Part shown: piece by piece, positions 14,191 through 29,040 of the stretch
How positions within the stretch are numbered: position 1 is the stretch's first letter
Layout: each line of letters opens with the position of its first letter
NCBI RefSeq assembly: GCF_009914755.1
Contig: NC_060927.1
Source: the human T2T-CHM13v2.0 reference genome, Homo sapiens
Direction: 5' to 3' (one strand)
DNA length: 64,000 nucleotides
Notes under the pieces: model-generated
Told to the model about the DNA's origin: nothing
Database searches by the model: none
Seen by the model: the letters and a program-made list of their open reading frames with translations, nothing else
Made by a program: the position numbers and the translations under genes

Positions 14191-14569
14191 TTACAGGTAT
14201 GTAAATCTCTTGAATATTGTATCTTGTTTCCTGTTCTCTTTGCCTTCATGTGTAGTACTTTTTTTGAAATTTCCCAGTTCTTATTTTAGTTGGATTTGGG
14301 GATGGAGAAGAGGTAAAGATGTATTTAACTAGAAATTAACTCTTTATTTTCAAAGAGAAGAGTAAGGCATTATATTATTCATTAGATTGATTAGTTTTTG
14401 TTGGTTCACAAACTTAATTTTATAATGTGGGACTCAAAAGTGTATATTTTCTTTCTATAAGTTTTCTCTAGATCATGTTGGCCCAATTAGAATAGCAGTA
14501 ACATAATCATGAAATGATAATAAGCATAAATGAGTACCAACTATGTGGCATTCACTGTCACATAAATTG

Positions 14570-14940
14570 TCCTGCATATACACTCTGATTAGCAGTAGTG
14601 ACAAGTAGATTTTTAAGGGGAATGAAGAGGCAGTTTCTGGGTTGATTACCAGTAATTTACATTAAAATAATATAAGGTATTGATTGCTTATACATTGTTA
14701 AGCTCTAGGATGTGGATTATAGTGTCCTGTGTGGGATTAGTAGGTTAATTTATAGCTACTTGTGGCAATAGCAAGAAGTTTCAAGAGATGAAGGTGGTGA
14801 GCAGGACATGATTACTCTCTCATTTCAATGCCTCTTTGGGCCTAATAATGTGAATCCCAATAATAAGGAATAATAATAATAATGTGAATCCTAATAATAA
14901 GGATTCACATTCTACACATAAAAGTCATTTTCCTTTCTCA
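14570..14940 (-). mobile_element. Partial ERV1 LTR (LTR23/LTR24-like)
   Basis: Minus strand begins TGAGAAAGGAAAATGACTTTTATG; resembles recalled consensus. Confidence 0.55.
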
Positions 14941-15289
14941 GCATTCTGTTTTATTCCTTAGGTCCATATGACCAAATCCTACATTCTTCCTAAGATATCA
15001 TTTTTCTATATATATTTTTATCTTTGTTTTATCCTCCTAGAGCAATAGTTCTGAGTCAAGTGACATTGGGACATAGTTTGGTGAGAAGAGTTATAGCTCT
15101 TTAAACTTCAGATTAAAGAAAAGTTAACATAATTGTGAGCATATTTTGATGTGTTCTCTGAAGCCTTTCAACTTATGGCATTTCACAAAATGTTGAAATA
15201 GTAAATTACAAAAGAATTAAAATGTTTCACCAATTTGTACCTCATTGATGTCATCATGTTCTTGCAGCATAAAGCTAGAGGTGAAAAGG

Positions 15290-15830
15290 AACCACCTTTA
15301 TAAATTGCTGAATGAAATGTAAATATGTGCAATCTTTTTGGAAAGCAATTTGGAGTATGTATCAACAGCTTTTAAAAAGTTCCTGCCTTCTGATCTAGAC
15401 ATCTAATTTTAGAGTTCTCTCCAAAGAAGGAAACCAGATGTTAAAACCACATTTAGTTCATTACGAACTGTGTAAACATAAAATTGGAAACAGCCTAAAT
15501 TCATACAGTCGGAGAACTTTAAATAAATTTTGGTGAAACTGTATGATGGAGTATTATATAGCTCTTAAACATTATGTTTTTAAAGGGTACATAACACACC
15601 ATATGGAATTTCTGATGTGTTAAGTGAAAAAACAGAATGCAGAATTGGACTCACAGTACAGTATAAAGTGGGTTCAAATTAATGTACATATGCACAGAAA
15701 AAAAACTAGAAAAAAATAAACCAAGCTGCAGATAGTTTTGTCTCTGCATTATTGAATTATAGACAATTTAAATGTTCTCACTAATGCTTATCTACAATTT
15801 CTAGATTTTCTAAAGTATGTATTACTTTAA
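15290..15830 (+). mobile_element. Old L1ME 3' fragment
   Basis: TTTTTGGAAAGCAATTTGG, AAAATTGGAAACAGCCTAAAT L1 3' motifs. Confidence 0.6.
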
Positions 15831-16154
15831 AAATACAAAAAGCATATGGTCTTTAAAAACAGACAGAAAAACAGAAAAAAAAATCTCATCAGTTTGCTGG
15901 TGACAATAAGTAAGGCTAAGTGTTGTTTGGTTCTTCCCTACCTTCATATCATCATCTGTGAACGGTGCTAACAGGATAGAATTGCTCTGTTTACTGCACT
16001 GGATTGTTATTAACAATTTTCTAATTTAGGAAAAGGCACTGACTCCTATCATTTTTATTGCCTCCTTTCTTCAGTTACCTGAGTCGACTCTCCCATCTTC
16101 TATACCTTAAACACGACTATGAACTGTCATATGATTTAAGTTGCTAATATATAT

Positions 16155-16456
16155 TTTATTATTATTATTATTTGAAACAAGATCTCACTCTGTTGCCCAA
16201 GCTAGAGTGCAGTGGCACGATCACAGCTCACTGCAGCCCCAATCTCTCTGGGCTCAGCTGATCCTTCCACCTCAGCCTCCCGAGTAGCTGGGATTACAGT
16301 CATGCAGCACCATGCCCGGCTAATTTGTGTATTTTTTGTAGAGACAGGGTTTCAACATGTTGCCCAGTGGGGCCTCCAATGCCTGGGCTCAAATGTTTCA
16401 CCTGCTTTAGCCTGTCAAAGTGCTAGGATTACAGGTGTGAGCCACCACGTCTGGCT
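16155..16456 (-). mobile_element. AluJ
   Basis: (ATT)n tail, reverse Alu dimer, flanked by TTGCTAAT direct repeats. Confidence 0.9.
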
Positions 16457-16564
16457 TGCTAATGCATGTTTTAAACTTATGTATTTTTATTTACAATGCA
16501 ACTTTAAAGAAAATGGAACTGTTTTCTGACATGTTTTTAAAACATTTGTTAAAGGTTTCCTAGT

Positions 16565-17556
16565 ACTACAGAGCAGATCTGACATATATTAAGAGCTGGA
16601 GTAGCTGAGATGGAGTTGTTATAAGATATGTGAAATCACTTAGAAAATAAAATCAAATGCAGATAGTTTAGCAGGATGACCAAGCCAGATGTAGACTCCT
16701 TGGCCTATGGCAAAGTTCTGTGCCAATGATTTTATCTGGAGTCTGGGAACTGATAGCTTGATATAAAATCACCTGGTGTCAATTAAATATGCAAATCTAT
16801 CCTTTTTAATAAATAGAATGAATCTTTCTCATTTGTTTATTCAATAATTGTAACTTACTATGTCAGATACTAAATTAACATCCTTAGGGAGGTCACAATC
16901 TAGGAGGAACATGGGCAAACAGTTACTTATTTTATGGCATACACTAACTCTGAAAGTTCAGTAATGATGTTTTAAAATGTTACTTTTTGTGAAGTAAGGG
17001 AAAAGCAATTTTAGGTAATCATTGGCTTTTAAAAACCGAAATGTCATTGACAACCGGGATTAGAATAGAAGTATCCCCAAACTGGAGGAATCCCCTCCCC
17101 ATCCAGGTCACATAGCCAATCTCTCAGGAACCCCTCTTACTGCAAAACCCAGCCTCTACTCAAACAGTTCCGGTGATGGGGAGCATTTATTCCATAACAG
17201 TGGTTTTTTGTTTTTTTTTTCCAATGTCTCTTTTAAAGAAAAAAATACTTTCTTTGGGTCTAAATTGTGAAAATACCCAAAACATTTGATAGAAATTGAA
17301 CTCTGTCAACAGTGTTATTTATACTAAGATCAGGACAATTTCTTGAGATCATATTGTTTTATTACTAAGTTTGGCCTTTGTTTTACAAATGTAATGTTCA
17401 TATTTATTTGAATTTTCAGATTGGTTAAATGTTAATGAAAAGCAATCCAATTGTTAATTTTTAGTAGTGCCTTTTCTGTGTATACCTTAATTTTATTTTA
17501 TATTAATAATTCAAGTTATGCACCAAAATGAAGATTTTTTCCAAAATAAAAATAAA
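16565..17556 (+). pseudogene. Probable retrocopy (processed 3'UTR-like insert), parent unknown
   Basis: 14-bp direct repeat AAAGGTTTCCTAGT at 16551-16564 and 17557-17570; TT/AAAG endonuclease-like site; AATAAA and A-rich tail at the right end. Confidence 0.65.
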
Positions 17557-17884
17557 AAAGGTTTCCTAGTGACAAATGTTATATATGAGAAAAGTTAGAG
17601 GTGTGTAACTGGGTTTTATGAATAAAAAATATGGGGAAAAATCATCCTGATTACCTGTAATTAATATTGGTATAGTATCTAGACTTTTTTTAAGTAAAGT
17701 CATTTTTATGTAACTTAATTACTAATTACAGTGATTTTAACATAGTTAAAAGATTCTGCAACATAATTATTCTGCAACGTAGTTAAAAGAGGTGATTAAA
17801 TTAAAGCCACAGACTTGTTTTCTTTAGGCTAGAATATTTCACCTTTGTTAAATAAGCAATTTTTTTTCCTTTTTTGTTTTTTAG

Positions 17885-17953
17885 GAGGCTGAGGGAAGAA
17901 AAGAATAATTTAAATGAAATTTAGTTTCTATAAAGAAAACGATTAAAAACAAG
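17885..17953 (+). other. Candidate 69-nt non-coding exon
   Basis: Long pyrimidine tract TTTTTTTCCTTTTTTGTTTTTTAG and donor AAG|GTAGGT; stops in all three frames. Confidence 0.4.
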
Positions 17954-18302
17954 GTAGGTTTTTATCTTAGATATTTTATCCAGGATAAAGGCAGAGATTC
18001 AACCAAGTCTTTAATTATAATTAGTTATAGGAAATGTTTAAAGTATGCTTACAATATGTCCAACTGAGTATTCTGTTTCAGAAAGGAAAGTTTATTGAGT
18101 TGTTTATCTTTTGGGGGCAGTTGTTTACTTATTTTCCTTTTAAAATAAATAATCTAATAATTTTATAGCATTTTAAATAATCATAAAATGTATGTGATAA
18201 AGTGACTGCTATATGTTCTCTATATTTTTATCTATTAACTATGGATTGCTTCTAAAAACATGCCTTGAATAGTAAAGGATTCCATAGTGTATGTGCATTT
18301 TA

Positions 18303-18453
18303 TTTTATTTTATTTTATTATTATTATACTTTAAGTTTTAGGGTACATGTGCACAATGTGCAGGGTAGTTACATATGTATACATGTGCCATGCTGGTGTG
18401 CTGCACCCATTAACTCGTCATTTAGCATTAGGTATATCTTCTAAAGCTATCCC
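18303..18453 (-). mobile_element. 5'-truncated young L1PA 3' end
   Basis: Near-consensus L1PA 3'UTR; 11-bp TSD TGTGCATTTTA at 18292-18302 and 18454-18464. Confidence 0.93.
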
Positions 18454-19189
18454 TGTGCATTTTAAACATTATATGCTTTCTTTGTTTTTGATGAGATAGC
18501 AGTCTAAATTTTTTCACTCTGCTCTTGTGTTTAAATGCAAATAAGTTCATTCAGTTTTCTGTTGGTGCTTTATTTGATACTACCAAGTTTTTGTTTGCTA
18601 ATGTAGCACATATAAGGCATCCCCTGTAAAAACATCCCCCAAGCTACTCTATGGTTAGTGTATGGCTAATATATTACCAGATATTGTGGACTTTGTACAT
18701 ATTCCTCACATAAGTTATTCAGATAATTGTTTATATTAGAAAAATGTTATTTATTTAAACCCATCACATCATTTTAAATAAAATGGTTCATGAGAAAGAG
18801 CTGGATATAGTTGTTAGAATGTTAGAATCAGGTGTAGCCTTACTAAAAGGCATGTTTCAGACTGACAAAAGTCATGTGCTTCTTGAGTGTAGTGGAGGCT
18901 AAGAGAGCACATGCTACTGCATCCAGATCAACTGTTAACTACTATATTATTTCGTGATCAGAAAGCAATGTTTTAAGCAGTTTACTAATAACTAATATCC
19001 TAATAAGGTAGTTTGCCACTTAAGAGTTTTAATGTGTTTTATGAAATCAATTGCATATTGAGGTTAATGTGTAACACATACTAATATTTTCCATTTAATA
19101 TAACAGGAAATAGAAAACTGGTTAGCTTTTTCATGCTGAGTTTTATTGATATTCAGTGGAAGATACCTGAAATCTATTTTGAAAGGCTG

Positions 19190-19420
19190 ATGTGGTGGAA
19201 GGAACATTGGCTTTGGTATCCACGGTCCTCGGGTCAAATTCTGCCACTGCTACATTTATGTATACTTGGAGAAGTTTCTTAAGTGTTTGAGCTTCAGTTT
19301 TTTTCTATGTAGAATGAGAATAATATTCCTCTTTTACAGTTGTTTTGAAGATTCATAAAAATATACATACAACATTCTAGTGCCTTGTGGATACTAATCG
19401 TATTAGTGAAGGCTATTATG
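19190..19420 (+). mobile_element. MIR SINE
   Basis: GGGTCAAATTCTGCCACTGC...GAGCTTCAGTTTTTTTCTATGTAGAATG. Confidence 0.65.
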
Positions 19421-19828
19421 AATACCAATAATCTATAATAATTAACTATGTAAGACAATAATAATAGCAAATTTTCTATATTGTCTTCCAATCGTTGGAA
19501 CACTTTCAAATATAACGTATATAATCTTTCCGAAAGCTCAGAGAAGGATCTTATTATTGTTGGCATCTCCTATATACAATTCAGGAAGGTAATGCTCAGG
19601 GAGATTAATTGACATGACTAGTAAATGATGAAGTAGAAATGTGAACCTAATTGTCTAGTATTAGAATTTCTGCTCTTTATACAAGAAATATCAGTTTTTC
19701 ATTAATAGTTTTTAATTTCACATTCTTAATGACAAACATATCTATTTGGCCTAAAATTTTTAGTTAGATTGACAAATAAATTCCTAGAAACCAGGTATTA
19801 ATTTAGTTTTTACTACAAATCAATAATA

Positions 19829-20111
19829 GGCCGGGTGTGGTGGCTTATGCCTTTAGTCTCAGCACTTTGGGAGGCTGAGGCAGGCCTATTGCCTGAGTGC
19901 AGGAGTTTGAGACCAGCCTGGGAAACATGGCGAAATCCTGTCTCTGCAAAAAAATACCAAAATTAGCTGGATGTGGTGGCACAGGCCTGTAGTCCCAGCT
20001 ACTCGGAAGGCTGAGGTGGGAGGATCATTTGAGCCCTGAAGGTTGAGGCTGCAGTGAGGTGAGATCGTGCCACTGAGCTCCAGCATGGGCAGCAGAGTGA
20101 GACCCTGCCTC

Positions 20112-20136
<25 letters not shown>
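19829..20136 (+). mobile_element. AluJ
   Basis: Full dimer, long poly(A); TSD AAATCAATAAT at 19817-19827 and 20137-20147. Confidence 0.95.
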
Positions 20137-20142
<6 letters not shown>

Positions 20143-22109
20143 ATAATGTATGGAGTTAGCACCGAATAATTCCTTGTAATTGCACAGTGATTTATAGTTT
20201 CCTGAGTGTTTTTTAACATGCTTTAATTAGTTGAGGCACCAGTGGGGGCAAGATAGGTGACTATAGACATATGTTACACGTTATAAACTTTAAGTCCAAA
20301 GAGGTTGTGTTTTGCTAAAGATGATGAGATTAATAAATGGTGGACTTTTGTGTCTCCACTGTTGTTTTTGACTATGGGTTTTATATATCAGGTTTTACCT
20401 AAGTGAACTAAATTCTATTTCATTCAGCACTTATAGGAAAAGTTTTATGTTTAAAAGTAGATGTTGTTGGAAATGCAAAATTAGCAAGACAAATTCCTTG
20501 CTTTTATAGATTTTAAACTTGGGAGTAGGAGAGATAAAAATGTATTAAATGGCAAATGTTATAATAATTAGAAGCATAAGTGCAATGACATGTGTAAGAA
20601 AGCAAAACCAAACAAATTTGGATTTGTATATTTGGTCAATTAAACTCCTAAAAGGTGTTAATAGTTTATGCGGAAGAAAACTGGAAGTGACCATAGGTTT
20701 CTTATAAGCTTAAGCTATGCAAAACTGCATTTTTGTTCTTAAAGGAATTATGGACTATAATGAGTTCTCAACAATGTGCTAAAATTTATTATAAGAAAAA
20801 ATAATTAAGCAAGATAATGTTGCTTTATATTGATGCTTAATGTAAATGCATGTGCGTTCATTAAATTTAGACAGTGAAAAACTTAGTTCCATGTCTTAAT
20901 TCATTCCACTTATGTTTAGGTGGGAATTAGATTTAATGAGTTATAATCATCTTTAACATTTGATGTATATATCTTCATCTAGGACACTTAGCTGCATGGT
21001 ACTTCAAGTAGCACATTAAGAAGAAAAATTCTTCCCTTGATTTCATCTGGGAATGAAAAAATTCTTGAAAAAGTTGAGTATATGTGGTTTGGAGTTAGAG
21101 TCGTTTTCCATTTCTTGTGATTAATTCAGGAAATGAACAGTCTGGGCTTTCCATTGTACATTCATTTTAGTAATGGGTAATTTTTTGTTTTACATTTAAA
21201 GGTGCTGCTTTCAGATGAGTGTTAGGTAATTCTATCTTGAAGCATAATATAAACTGTTAGCTAAATGTGGTCATTTTAATCTAGCTAATAATGTTCTCCA
21301 TGTCATAGTTTCTAGGTAAAGTAGAAATTTCTGTTTTAAAGAAGTCAGAACTGACATTGTTGATGAAATTATACAATCGGATGTGACTACTAGCCTTTTG
21401 TCTTTGGATAATGCTCACATTATATTTTATAAATATCTTTTAAAATATTTATATTTTGTCTAGAAAACAAAAGAAAAAAATGAAAAATTAACCATTCTTC
21501 CACCACCCATTATGTGTACTTAGCCTTTAATAAAAGCTTTATACATAAACAAAATAGTATCATATCTTTAATGGTTTTGTAACTTGATTTTTTAAAGGTA
21601 GTAATAGATCATGAATATTTTTCAATATTATTAAATATTCATTTATAACAGTTTAATGGTGAAATTTAATAAATATACTGTGAAATGAATTATACAATTT
21701 ATCTAAGTGCTTATTGTTGAACATCGACACCCCTTTCTCTTTTTCTTCCCTTCCCTTCTCTTCACTGCCCTCCCCTTCCCTGCCTTTTCTTTACTCTTTC
21801 TCCTTCCTTTTCTCCCCTCCTTCCTTTCTTCTTTCCCACCTTTTAATGTTTCCTCCATTGTTAAAATGTGACAGTTTTTAAAAAAAATCTATGAAGCATG
21901 TCATTTATTATTCATTTAAAATAATTTCATAGAAATAGTACTGATAAATTAAAAAATATGTACATTTGTGAGGGTGTTTTAAAGTATTGTTGTACTTTTC
22001 TCCATAAAAGATTGTACCAGTTCACACTTCTGTATTTATGGTATGCAATTCAAAAAATTTTTTGTAGTCATATATACCAATAATTTTTTTCCTTTATGTT
22101 GTAGGGAAT

Positions 22110-22458
22110 TGTCTTAGTAAATTTGGGGCAAAATATTTTAGACTGGGCAATTTATAAACAATCGAAATTTTTACTCACAGTTCTAGAGGCTGGGAAGGTC
22201 CAGATCAAGTAGCCAGAAGATTCTGTGTCTTGTGAAGTCCCATTTCTCATAGATGGTGTTCTTCTATGTTTCTTCACATAGTGGAAGGGGCAAACAATCT
22301 CCTTTGAGTTTCTTTTTACAAGGGTATAATCCCATTCATTAGGGCTCTGCCCTCATGACCTAGTCACCTACTAAAGGCCCAGCTCTTATTATTGTTGCAC
22401 TGGAGATTAGCTTTCTACATATGAATTTTGGGAGGACGCAAATATTCAGACCATAGCA
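22110..22458 (-). mobile_element. MLT1A-type MaLR solo LTR
   Basis: TGTCTTAGT...CTCACAGTTCTAGAGGCTGGGAAG...CAGACCATAGCA. Confidence 0.85.
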
Positions 22459-22585
22459 GGGAGAAAAAATAGTATCTTTTCCTTACTCATTGCAAGTTTC
22501 ATGGCTGATACCTCTATAAGGAAACACAGAGCAAAAAGAGAAAAGCATAACAAATTTATTTAATATAGGTTTTATGAGACACTGA

Positions 22586-22975
<390 letters not shown>

Positions 22976-23286
22976 TGATGGTAATAAACTGGGGAGGAAC
23001 TGAGCAAGACCTCTTTGTTCAGATTCTTCTTGGCCTTTCTATAAGCCATTCCATCCTTCTGGGTATAGGGGATGACTTCTCTAGAATGAGGATCTTACTA
23101 CCTACTTTCAGGTCAGATAATTCTTTTACGGCCAGTTCTCAGAGGAAAAGTGTGAGAGGTCATAGTGTGACCTTCCTGTTTCCGCTATTTTCTCAATTTC
23201 TGACGTGCTGTATTTGGGGGTTGTGTTTTCCACCACCCCATCGATGTTATTTGCTTTTGGTATATGCTTAGAGAGAAGCCTTATCC

Positions 23287-23289
<3 letters not shown>

Positions 23290-23322
<33 letters not shown>
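23290..23322. repeat. (GT)n microsatellite
   Basis: About 16 perfect GT units. Confidence 0.97.
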
Positions 23323-23323
<1 letters not shown>

Positions 23324-24040
23324 ACGTGAGTGTGTTTCTTCTAGTACTATCTATAATGGTTAGAATTCATACATACAGATATAGATGTTGGTATAAAACC
23401 ATAACTTTTCTTTTAATATCACACGAATTTAAAGTGCTGGGTGATTACATTCAGTTTAGATGTCAGGAAAAGGAATCTTTGTGTGAACTGAGCCCTAACC
23501 TCAAACTGCTCATTATTCTATTCCCTGTCATGGGCCATGATGGGAAGTGGAATGATTTGCCACCTAAATGAGTTTACTATCTACTCTTGTTTTATCCTTA
23601 TATGAGTAAAGATCCTGGATATCTAGGAGACTGATGCTGAATTTTTACACATCTTTAGCAAGTATGTGTAGCAGTTCTGTTCTTTTGCCTTAGATTTTCG
23701 AAGTATTAATCTTTCCCATTTGAATATTTAATATCATCAGAAAAAGAGGTAACTTTTTTTTTTCTTTTGCTTGCTTCCTTTCATTGTGAAAAACATTTTG
23801 ACGTGTTTCTTAAGAAGAAAAGAATGCATTCTCTTGGTTTAAAAAAAAATAAACAACGTTGGAAAATATTGATCTGGCTTTAAAATCTAGCAGTTGTCCT
23901 TCTTAATACACAACTTATAGAATTGTGTATTATTTCCCTCAGGAAATAATTTACATTAAGGAGAGCAAGCTGTGAAGCTCAGTTTTTAAGAATATGTGTT
24001 CTTGAAATGCAAAGAGTCAGACATTGGATAATTTTAGTAG

Positions 24041-24354
<314 letters not shown>

Positions 24355-25039
24355 ACATTTTTACAGAAATATATTTTTATTATATGACAACATGTAATTG
24401 CTATACAAAAACAACATTTAAAGCTGTGTATTTTTATATTTGTTAGAATATTAATAATGATTAAAACATGTTACAAATTATGCATTCTGTTTCGGCCTTT
24501 TTACTCTAATAATAAAAACTCGATTTTCTTAATCATTGACCTACACGAAATAGTTGACCTACATGCCACAAAAACCTTGACTTAAAAAAATACAACTTTA
24601 TTTTTAAACTACTATGAATATTATATAGCACTGTGAACATAAAAATTTAGCTGCTTTTTAGTCATTTCATCTCATGAAATATCTTTTGTAAAAACTTTTT
24701 TAATATCTCAGGGGTCTGTTACACTTTTGATGTGTTTTATTAATATCATAAATATCTGTTAATATTTGAGGTATCTTTTTAAACTCTGGGGATCATTTTC
24801 TTGAATTCTTTTTTTGCAATGGAAAATTTTTAATATAATAGACTCCTTTAAGAGGTACAGCTGTATTAGGATTTCAGTAAATATGCAACTAGTTTTTCTT
24901 GTTTGTTAATCTGCTCATGGAGAAATATTTTCATCCAGTTACTACTGTTCCTAGCTGATTTTTAACATCATGAGGTAGTCGTCTGGAGGAGTCTGCACTA
25001 CTAGAACTGTTTTTTTTTGTTCTTCTTTAAATGTATCTT

Positions 25040-25552
25040 TGTCAGGAGGGCCCCAATAACACCCCGAAGTTTGATGATTTGCTAGGTGGACTCACCAGAC
25101 CCAGCATATAGTCATCCTCATGTTATGAGCCATTACAGTGAAAAGAAAGGGTGTATGGGGAAACCAGGCACAAACTTCCAGAGCCTTCTAGCGGAGTCAA
25201 ACAGGAAGCACTTAATTCCTCCAGCAGTGATTTGTGACATCAAATGTGAAATGTTAACCAGTGAAACTTCTTAGAGGCTCTGCACCCAAGATTTTTACTG
25301 GGGGGTGGTCAGGGAGGCACCCTCTGCCTGGCATGTACCAAAATTCCAGACTCTCAGAAGAAAAGCAAGTATTCAGCATAAACTATATTGTTTATGCAAT
25401 CAGTTTAGGCACAGTGAGCCCACTCCTTCAAGTTCTAAGAATAATGGGAACACTTCTGATATCCAAGTTTCCAGATGCCAGTCAAGGGCCAAAGTTGTAA
25501 GCAGGCTTTTCAAGGGATAGCAATTAGGCCTGCTGGGTAATTCTTTCCTGCA
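25040..25552 (-). mobile_element. MER77-like LTR (ERVL)
   Basis: TGTCAGGAGGGCCCCAATAACACCCC...GGACTCACC; matches recalled MER77. Confidence 0.75.
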
Positions 25553-25588
25553 GTCTCCTAATTTCTACTGCGCTTGTTTCCTCTAGCA

Positions 25589-26095
25589 CAGTGGTCCCCA
25601 ACCTTTTTGTGACCAGGGACTAGTTTTGTGGAAGACAGTTTTTCCACAGACTGGGTACGGGGGGGATGGTTTTAGGATGATTCAAGTGCATTCCTATTAT
25701 TATTACATTGTAATATATAATGAAATAATTTTACAACTCATCATAATGTACAATCAGTGGGAGCCCTGAGCTTGTTTTCCTGCAACTAGACGGTCCCATC
25801 TGGGGGTGATGGGAGACAATGACAGATTATCAGGCACTAGATTCTCATGAAGGGCACACAATCTAGATCTCTCACATGTGCAGTTCACAATAGGGTTCGT
25901 GCTCCCCTGAAAATCTAACGCTGCCGCTGATCTGGCAGGGGGAGAAGCTCAGGCCATAATGCCAGCGATGGGGAGGGGCTGTAAATACAGATGAAGCTTT
26001 GCTCACTTAGCTGCTGTTCACCTCCTGCTGTGTGGCTTTTTCCTAACAGGCCATGGACTGATCCTGGTCCATGGCCTGAGGGTTGGGGATTTCTG
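25589..26095. mobile_element. MER1A hAT-Charlie DNA transposon
   Basis: Terminal inverted repeats CAGTGGTCCCCAACC / GGTTGGGGATTTCTG; NTCTAGAN-like target CTCTAGCA. Confidence 0.88.
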
Positions 26096-26447
26096 CTAGA
26101 ACGCAATTTCATCAGTTTATCAAACATTTTGCCAACATGTACCTTCCCCAAATTCCTGAAAATTTGTGACTTTTGGAGAATATGCTGAAAGAAGCAGCTG
26201 CTTCCCCTCCACTTGCTGCAGTTCTGTATACATGAAAATATGACATAAAATAGAGTTGCCTTTCAAATCTGATCAATTAGAAGTGGCTCCCTGGGACATT
26301 CAGTTCAGAATGATTGCTACATAAAGCTTGGGTTCATGTAACCCAAGGGAAAGATTAGTGACTTTTATCTTGGATTTGAAAGTGGCTATGACAGACCATT
26401 TGCTTGTTATCCCTGGAAAGGGTGCTAAATCAGATATCAGGAGACCC

Positions 26448-26835
26448 TGTGTATTTCACGGTGAGCAGGTCTATGCAAACTTAATCCCAAAGAGGAAACT
26501 GAGAGGCCAAAGAAAAAGGCTGACAAATCTAGTTTCTCAAACAATTAATAGGGACTTACAAACAGAAGCCATACCTTGGTGTTGGCAAGACAAGATGGTG
26601 AATCCCTGCACCATTACCACCCCCTACCCCCACCATACCATTGTGAAAGATTATATATGCTTCAGAAGGAATTTGCAAGACAATTGAAGTAATTTGCTTA
26701 AGGGCAGGATTTATGGTAAGTACTGCTCTTAACAGTAGATAAAGTAGAAATTTTAGAGGCATTCCTGAAACTGGGGTTAATCAGAAGTCAGCATGGCAGA
26801 TTATCGTGCAAGATGGAGTTGCTTTAGCCTCCACG
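26448..26835 (-). mobile_element. Solo LTR (MER83-like)
   Basis: Minus strand begins GTGGAGGCTAAAGCAACTCCATCTTG; subfamily from memory. Confidence 0.6.
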
Positions 26836-26836
26836 C

Positions 26837-27198
26837 TGTGCCTTAGTCAGCTTGGGCTGCTATAACAAAATACTATAGACTGGGTGACCTATCAGCAACA
26901 GAAATTTATTTCTCACAGTTCTGGAGGCTAGAAGTCTGAAATTAGGTTGCCAGCATAATTAGCTTCTGGTGAGGGCCCTCTTCTTTGTTAGAGACTGACA
27001 TTTTCTTGTTTTATGCTTGTTGTATGATGGAAAGAAGGCAGGAGGGTCCCTTTTATAAGGGTGGTAATTCCATTTATGAGGGCTCCACCCTTATGTCCTA
27101 ATTCCCTCCCAAAGGCCCTACCTACTAATACTGTCACATTGAGGATTAAGATTTCAAGGAATGAATTTTGAGGAAGACACAACATTCAATCCATTGCA
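26837..27198 (-). mobile_element. MLT1A-type MaLR solo LTR
   Basis: GGGCTGCTATAACAAAATAC...CTCACAGTTCTGGAGGCT...ACATTCAATCCATTGCA. Confidence 0.85.
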
Positions 27199-28260
27199 CT
27201 ACCTTGTAATGCATTGTACACGGAATCAGCTCCGACTCTACCACTGACACGTTGTGTCTTTGAGCAGATCATTTTTACCTTTCCAAAATTGAGTTTTCTT
27301 CTTTCTTACATCTTAAATAGGAAGATGTACTATATAATTTCAGAAATAATTTTTAATTATCTAGTTATTAGAATTTTAAGTTTTAGATAGATGTTTCCTG
27401 GTCTGTGTGGATCAATGAGGTTCTTTTTAATTACTTTTGTCTCTAGCCTTCAACAGTGATACATTATAGATGAGATGTAGAGACTGTTACTGCCCTTAGG
27501 ATACTTACCTTTTGATTTTTCCTGCTTTTACAATGTTCACATCCAAATATAAAGTTGTATCTTAATTAAAAATCCAAAAGGAGAAATTAAGTCATGGACT
27601 GCATAGCCTTAATGACAATAGGTACAAAAGATGACAGGGCAAGTACTTAATTCCCATTGAACAGACTAGGACTTGATAATTTAGAGAAAATGAGTAACTT
27701 GTAAATGTCTGCACAGCTAATGCAAAGTAGAGCCTAAAAAGAATGTAGTTGTTTTAGTCACTCAACAGAAAGTTCTTTGAGGGCAGATACTGACTTTTTC
27801 TTCATGCTTTATCTTCAGTGACTGGAATACAGGAGTAGCTAAAAAAATTTTAGATGGATAATAGTTTTATAAACTTGCAAACCTTTTTGAGAGCTTAGCT
27901 GTGAAAAATTCTTTATTTTAATATTCTACTGTATTTTGATTGATGGTTTTTGTAATTACCTTTAGTGTTTCCAGTTCACCTGGGACCTGGCTTTGGCTGT
28001 TAGAGACTTTATTTATTTCTCTGGAACTTTACCGTGTGCCTTTTTTCTAGCAATTTATGTCCTCTCCCTCTCATACTGAAGGTTATCTGGTAAATTGTGA
28101 TTTTTTATTTGGTATCTTAGTCTGCTTTCAGGTGCTGTTCTGGTCTAGAACACTGAAAAATCTCTCTTTGACCCTGTGCAACCATCACTGAGATAAAAGC
28201 TCTCAAACAGCACCATTTCAAAGAAATCCTGTAATAGACTAACATAAAGCAATTTACCAT

Positions 28261-29040
<780 letters not shown>

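Noticed and set aside
21201-21226. Possible 24-nt microexon (AG|GTGCTG...TTAG|GTAATT)
   Set aside because: Modest splice sites, expected by chance in T-rich DNA.
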